Source of the DNA: Minisyncoccota bacterium
GTDB taxonomy: Bacteria; Patescibacteriota; Minisyncoccia; Moranbacterales; UBA1568
DNA: 64,000 bases
Direction of reading: 5' to 3'
Assembly (NCBI GenBank): GCA_051306005.1
Contig: JBPPMJ010000003.1
Span: 161,764 to 225,763 of the forward strand
Below, piece after piece: positions 60,266-64,000 of the stretch (positions are counted from its first letter, which is position 1; each line of letters opens with the position of its first letter). Below the pieces are notes generated by a model. That model saw only the letters and a list, made by a program, of their open reading frames with translations, ran no database searches and was not told the DNA's origin. A program made the translations under genes and the position numbers.

Positions 60266-61075
60266 ATGCTCAAAAAACCCATAACGCTTATTTCTTGGAA
60301 TGTCAACGGAATCCGTGCCGTACATCGCAAGGGTTTTTTTACGCCGTTTATTGAACAGTATCAGCCCGATATCTTGTGTCTGCAAGAGACCAAAGCACAG
60401 CAGGGGCAGGCAGAAATAGATTTACCAGAATACGAGGAATATTGGAACTCCGCTGTCAAAAAAGGCTATTCTGGCACGGCTATATTTACCAAAACTAAAC
60501 CACTGGCTATTTTTAATGATTTTCCAGAGGATATAGTACGACGCTTTGCATTGATAGCGGACAGCTATGGGGATCCGTGTTCCGAAGGGCGGGTACTGAC
60601 GCTTGAGTACCATGATTTCTTTATCGTCACAGTCTATGTTCCCAATGCCAAAAGTAATCTCGGTCGTTTGGCACTTCGGCACGCACAATGGGACCCGGCT
60701 TTTTTGGCTTATTGCAAACAATTAGAAACGAAAAAACCGGTGATTTTTTGTGGAGATCTGAACGTCGCTCACACACCAGATGACCTCGCTAATCCCAAAC
60801 AAAATGAAGGGCAGGCTGGCTATACGAATGAAGAACGGGCTGGTTTTCAGAATTTCATTGTAGCCGGCTTTGTGGATACCTTTCGGATGTTTCATCAGGG
60901 TAGCGGACAGTATAGTTGGTGGTCACACTTTGCCAATTCTCGCGCGCGCAATGTTGGTTGGCGTATTGATTACTTCCTCGTCAGCCAGATACTCAAGCCG
61001 AATATTCAGGATGCGTTTATTTTGCCGGAGGTACTCGGCTCCGATCATTGTCCCGTTGGTATCGTACTTCGTTAG
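60266..61075 (+). CDS. xth: exodeoxyribonuclease III (AP endonuclease, Xth family)
   Basis: 'ISWNVNGIRA', 'CLQETK' and C-terminal 'GSDHCPV'. Start is taken at the ATG that gives a canonical N-terminus. Confidence 0.9.
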   Translation: MLKKPITLISWNVNGIRAVHRKGFFTPFIEQYQPDILCLQETKAQQGQAEIDLPEYEEYWNSAVKKGYSGTAIFTKTKPLAIFNDFPEDIVRRFALIADSYGDPCSEGRVLTLEYHDFFIVTVYVPNAKSNLGRLALRHAQWDPAFLAYCKQLETKKPVIFCGDLNVAHTPDDLANPKQNEGQAGYTNEERAGFQNFIVAGFVDTFRMFHQGSGQYSWWSHFANSRARNVGWRIDYFLVSQILKPNIQDAFILPEVLGSDHCPVGIVLR

Positions 61076-62326
61076 ATGTTTCGTATGCGTGATAATTACA
61101 TACCACTTGCAGAACGAATGCGTCCAAAAACGCTTGCTGATTTTGTTGGACAAGAAAAGGTTTTCGGTGAGGGTTCATTTTTACGCGGTGCGGTGGTACG
61201 AGGCAGTATATCATCGCTTATTCTGTGGGGGCCGCCGGGTAGCGGAAAAACGACCTTAGCACGGTTGCTCTCCTCTGAATTGTCAGCGGAGAGTCTCCAA
61301 TTGTCCGCCGTGACGAGCGGCAAGAAAGATTTGCAGAATGTGATTGCGCAGGCAAAAGCAAATCACGCGCATCAAAAACAAACGATTTTGTTTTTGGACG
61401 AAATACATCGGTGGAATAAGGCACAACAGGACGCATTGCTACCATTTGTGGAGTCCGGCGTGTTGACGCTTATCGGTACGACGACGGAAAATCCAAGTTT
61501 TGAAGTCAATCCCGCGCTTCTTTCGCGAACACGCGTCATCGTGCTTACAGAGCATAACCAAGAAACACTGCGGAAACTTCTGCGTCAAGCAATTGAGACG
61601 GATGATACTCTTCGTACTCATCAAACGACTGCCAGTGATGATGCGCTGGTATTTATTGCCAGACTTTCAGGCGGTGACGCACGTCAGGCATTGAATATCC
61701 TGGAATCTGTTGCTGCCCAAACGCCAACTATCACTATTGAACAAGTAGAAAAAATCACGACTCGTTCGCATCTTCTCTATGACAAGGATGGGGAACGTCA
61801 TTATACTATCATTTCCGCGCTCCATAAATCCCTTCGTGGTAATGATGCCGATGCCGGACTCTATTGGCTAGGGCGAATGCTTGAAGCTGGGGAGGATCCG
61901 CTTTATATCGCACGCCGATTGGTGCGTTTCGCATCAGAGGATGTCGGACTAGCAAATTCGTTTGCGCTTCCGCAGGCAGTGGCGGTTTTTCAAGCCTGTC
62001 AGGTGCTTGGGATGCCGGAGTGTGAAGTGCACTTGGCACAAGCAGTTGTGTATCTTGCCAAATCCAAGAAATCTAACGCACTGTATATCGCTTACGGAAA
62101 AGTCAAAGAAGATGTGCATGTCACCGCCAATGAATCAGTGCCACTCCATCTGCGCAACGCTTCGACCAAGCTGATGCGGTCTCTCAATTATGGTAAAGGG
62201 TACAAATATACGCCGGAGTATAAGGATCCCGCAGAAGCGAAACAAGAGTATTTGCCAGCATCCCTCAAAGGACGACAATACATTCGTGTTGATGACACGA
62301 CACCGGATATTCAAGAAAAATCATGA
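61076..62326 (+). CDS. rarA: replication-associated recombination protein A (RarA/MgsA AAA+ ATPase)
   Basis: '[14 protein letters not shown]', Walker A '[11 protein letters not shown]' and 416 aa. Confidence 0.9.
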   Translation: MFRMRDNYIPLAERMRPKTLADFVGQEKVFGEGSFLRGAVVRGSISSLILWGPPGSGKTTLARLLSSELSAESLQLSAVTSGKKDLQNVIAQAKANHAHQKQTILFLDEIHRWNKAQQDALLPFVESGVLTLIGTTTENPSFEVNPALLSRTRVIVLTEHNQETLRKLLRQAIETDDTLRTHQTTASDDALVFIARLSGGDARQALNILESVAAQTPTITIEQVEKITTRSHLLYDKDGERHYTIISALHKSLRGNDADAGLYWLGRMLEAGEDPLYIARRLVRFASEDVGLANSFALPQAVAVFQACQVLGMPECEVHLAQAVVYLAKSKKSNALYIAYGKVKEDVHVTANESVPLHLRNASTKLMRSLNYGKGYKYTPEYKDPAEAKQEYLPASLKGRQYIRVDDTTPDIQEKS

Positions 62327-62537
62327 AATCAACCTACACAAGCGCATTTTTTTGTGAGAAAACAAGAATATTGAGAATAAAAAATTATGTTGAGCGATGT
62401 TACATAACTGATTATGTAGTTTTGTGAAATTTTTTCCGGTGCGTGAGTGATGATGCGCGGAGTCGGTGATGGACGAGCGGGGAGAGTGTAGCGTGACATC
62501 CGTGTCAAAATATGCTAAAATAGCAGATGATATTTGA

Positions 62538-63968
62538 ATGAATAACCGTATGGCTATGCGTATCAAAATTGAGAAAAGAAGCGCGGAGTGGTGGCAGAAA
62601 AAGGGAACGATGGGGGTGGCGTTGGTGACAGAGGGTCAAGACGGTATCGTGCGTGAGACAGATGGTCGATCGGTTTTAGAAGTAGTTATCGGTGAGCGCG
62701 CAAAAATGACGCGACGGGCATTGATATTGCTTATTCGACGTATCGTGCGTGAAGCGTTAGCCAAGAAGTATGCAAAGATCGCAGTAGATTTTTCTTTGTT
62801 TCGTTTTGAACATCTTCAGATGGAAGATACGGATTTGGCGGAGCTTTTGGCAGTCAATGCGCGAATGGCAGACTATGCGTTTCGTGATTTTGTTACCAAG
62901 CCCAAAGAGGGTTGGCCGAGTATTGCAGAGATAATTTTTGCCAATGTCACCGAAAAAATCATACAGACAAAAGTGACGGAAGGCGTGCGTCGAGGGATCA
63001 TCATCGGTGAAGAGGTTAATCGCGCGCGTCATATTGCGACAATGTCTGGTGGCGCTATGACACCGGTGATTTTGGCACGTCATGCCAAAGATGCTGTCAA
63101 GGGTTTACCAGTGCGATGTACGATACTTGATGAAGCAGAGATGAAACGTCTCAAGATGGGTGGAGTGCTCGGTGTGGGCAAGGGATCGGATGAGCCGTCA
63201 CGTTTTATCGTGTTAGAATATTTCGGAGCGGTCAACAAGAAAGCAAAACCGATTGTATTGATTGGTAAAGGTGTGACGTTTGATACGGGCGGTATCAACC
63301 TCAAGCCGAGCGGATATATTCTCGGGATGAATATGGATATGTCAGGCGGAGCGTCGGTCATTCACGCATTGACGATCGCCGCGCGTCTCAAGTTTAAGAA
63401 AAATATCATTGCGCTCATTCCGGCAGTAGAAAATATGCCTTCTGGATCAAGTTATCGTCCGGGAGATATTTTGCATTCGATGTCTGGTAAAACGATTGAA
63501 GTATTGGATACTGATGCCGAAGGGCGTATCATCTTGGCAGATGCTTTGCACTATGCGAAGAAATACAAGCCAGCGCTTGTCGTGGATGTCGCGACACTTA
63601 CGGGAGCAGCGATGGTGGCATTGGGAGAGCGGGCAACGGCACTCTTTACCGAAGATGAAAATCTGGAATTGCGTATCCGTCATTTAGGAGAAGAAAGTGG
63701 AGACTACGTATGGCCTCTTCCTCTCTGGGAAGAATACGATGCGGAAATCAAGGGAACATTTGGCGATGTAGCAAATATCGGAAATACACGTTATGGTGGA
63801 GCGATTACCGCGGCAATGTTTCTTCGTCAATTTGTGGACAAGGCATATCCGTGGGTGCACCTCGATATCGCACCGCGTATGACGACACTCGCTGATGAAT
63901 TTCTTGCGAAAGGATCCGCTGGCGCGCCAGTACGTTTGCTGGTGAAACTTTTGGAGAAATACTCATAA
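62538..63968 (+). CDS. pepA: leucyl aminopeptidase (M17 family)
   Basis: 'GKGVTFDTGGINLKP' and 'NTDAEGRIILADAL', the M17 signature motifs. Confidence 0.9.
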   Translation: MNNRMAMRIKIEKRSAEWWQKKGTMGVALVTEGQDGIVRETDGRSVLEVVIGERAKMTRRALILLIRRIVREALAKKYAKIAVDFSLFRFEHLQMEDTDLAELLAVNARMADYAFRDFVTKPKEGWPSIAEIIFANVTEKIIQTKVTEGVRRGIIIGEEVNRARHIATMSGGAMTPVILARHAKDAVKGLPVRCTILDEAEMKRLKMGGVLGVGKGSDEPSRFIVLEYFGAVNKKAKPIVLIGKGVTFDTGGINLKPSGYILGMNMDMSGGASVIHALTIAARLKFKKNIIALIPAVENMPSGSSYRPGDILHSMSGKTIEVLDTDAEGRIILADALHYAKKYKPALVVDVATLTGAAMVALGERATALFTEDENLELRIRHLGEESGDYVWPLPLWEEYDAEIKGTFGDVANIGNTRYGGAITAAMFLRQFVDKAYPWVHLDIAPRMTTLADEFLAKGSAGAPVRLLVKLLEKYS

Positions 63969-64000
63969 GAGAAATGAAAAGAATCTTTCGTCGAAAAAGT

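Noticed and set aside
62388-62420. AT-rich hairpin ACATAA-CTGA-TTATGT plus T-rich stretch after rarA
   Set aside because: The stem is very AT-rich and short, so it is a plausible but unconvincing terminator.

Overview
This 64-kb window reads as a low-GC, gene-dense bacterial chromosome segment. Gene content and style (ComF, duplicated type IV pilus machinery, reduced biosynthesis) are consistent with a Patescibacteria/CPR-like organism, but that is an inference and no database search was run. All calls come from reading the six-frame translations and recognising family motifs. Most of the window is housekeeping: tRNA-Ser(GCU), comFC, clpB/C, ligA, gatCAB (split), secE-nusG-rplKA, miaA, dnaE, rnhB, rpmF, nusB, rnc, smc, rpsP, rplJL, a Na+/H+ antiporter, uvrA, rlmN, miaB, xth, rarA and pepA. 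There are no CRISPR arrays, rRNA or obvious integrases. Three things stand out. (1) The window holds two separate type IV pilus (T4P) gene sets plus a pilD + three-minor-pilin module. The major pilin gene is followed directly by a polytopic GT-C-like membrane protein and, convergently, by a five-gene lipid-linked-sugar operon (DPM1-like GT2, DUF2304-like partner, SAM methyltransferase, second GT2, small 4-TM flippase-like protein). I read this as a candidate pilin or surface-protein glycosylation system. (2) A complete dTTP-synthesis block (dcd-thyA-folA-CoaE-like kinase-tmk-dut) sits between rplKA and the displaced rplJL genes. (3) A 1.3-kb non-coding gap next to dnaE contains frameshifted remnants of a dead gene, an orphan terminator, a palindrome and two SD-preceded micro-ORFs. 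Promoters recur as extended -10 elements of the form TGnTAYAMT.
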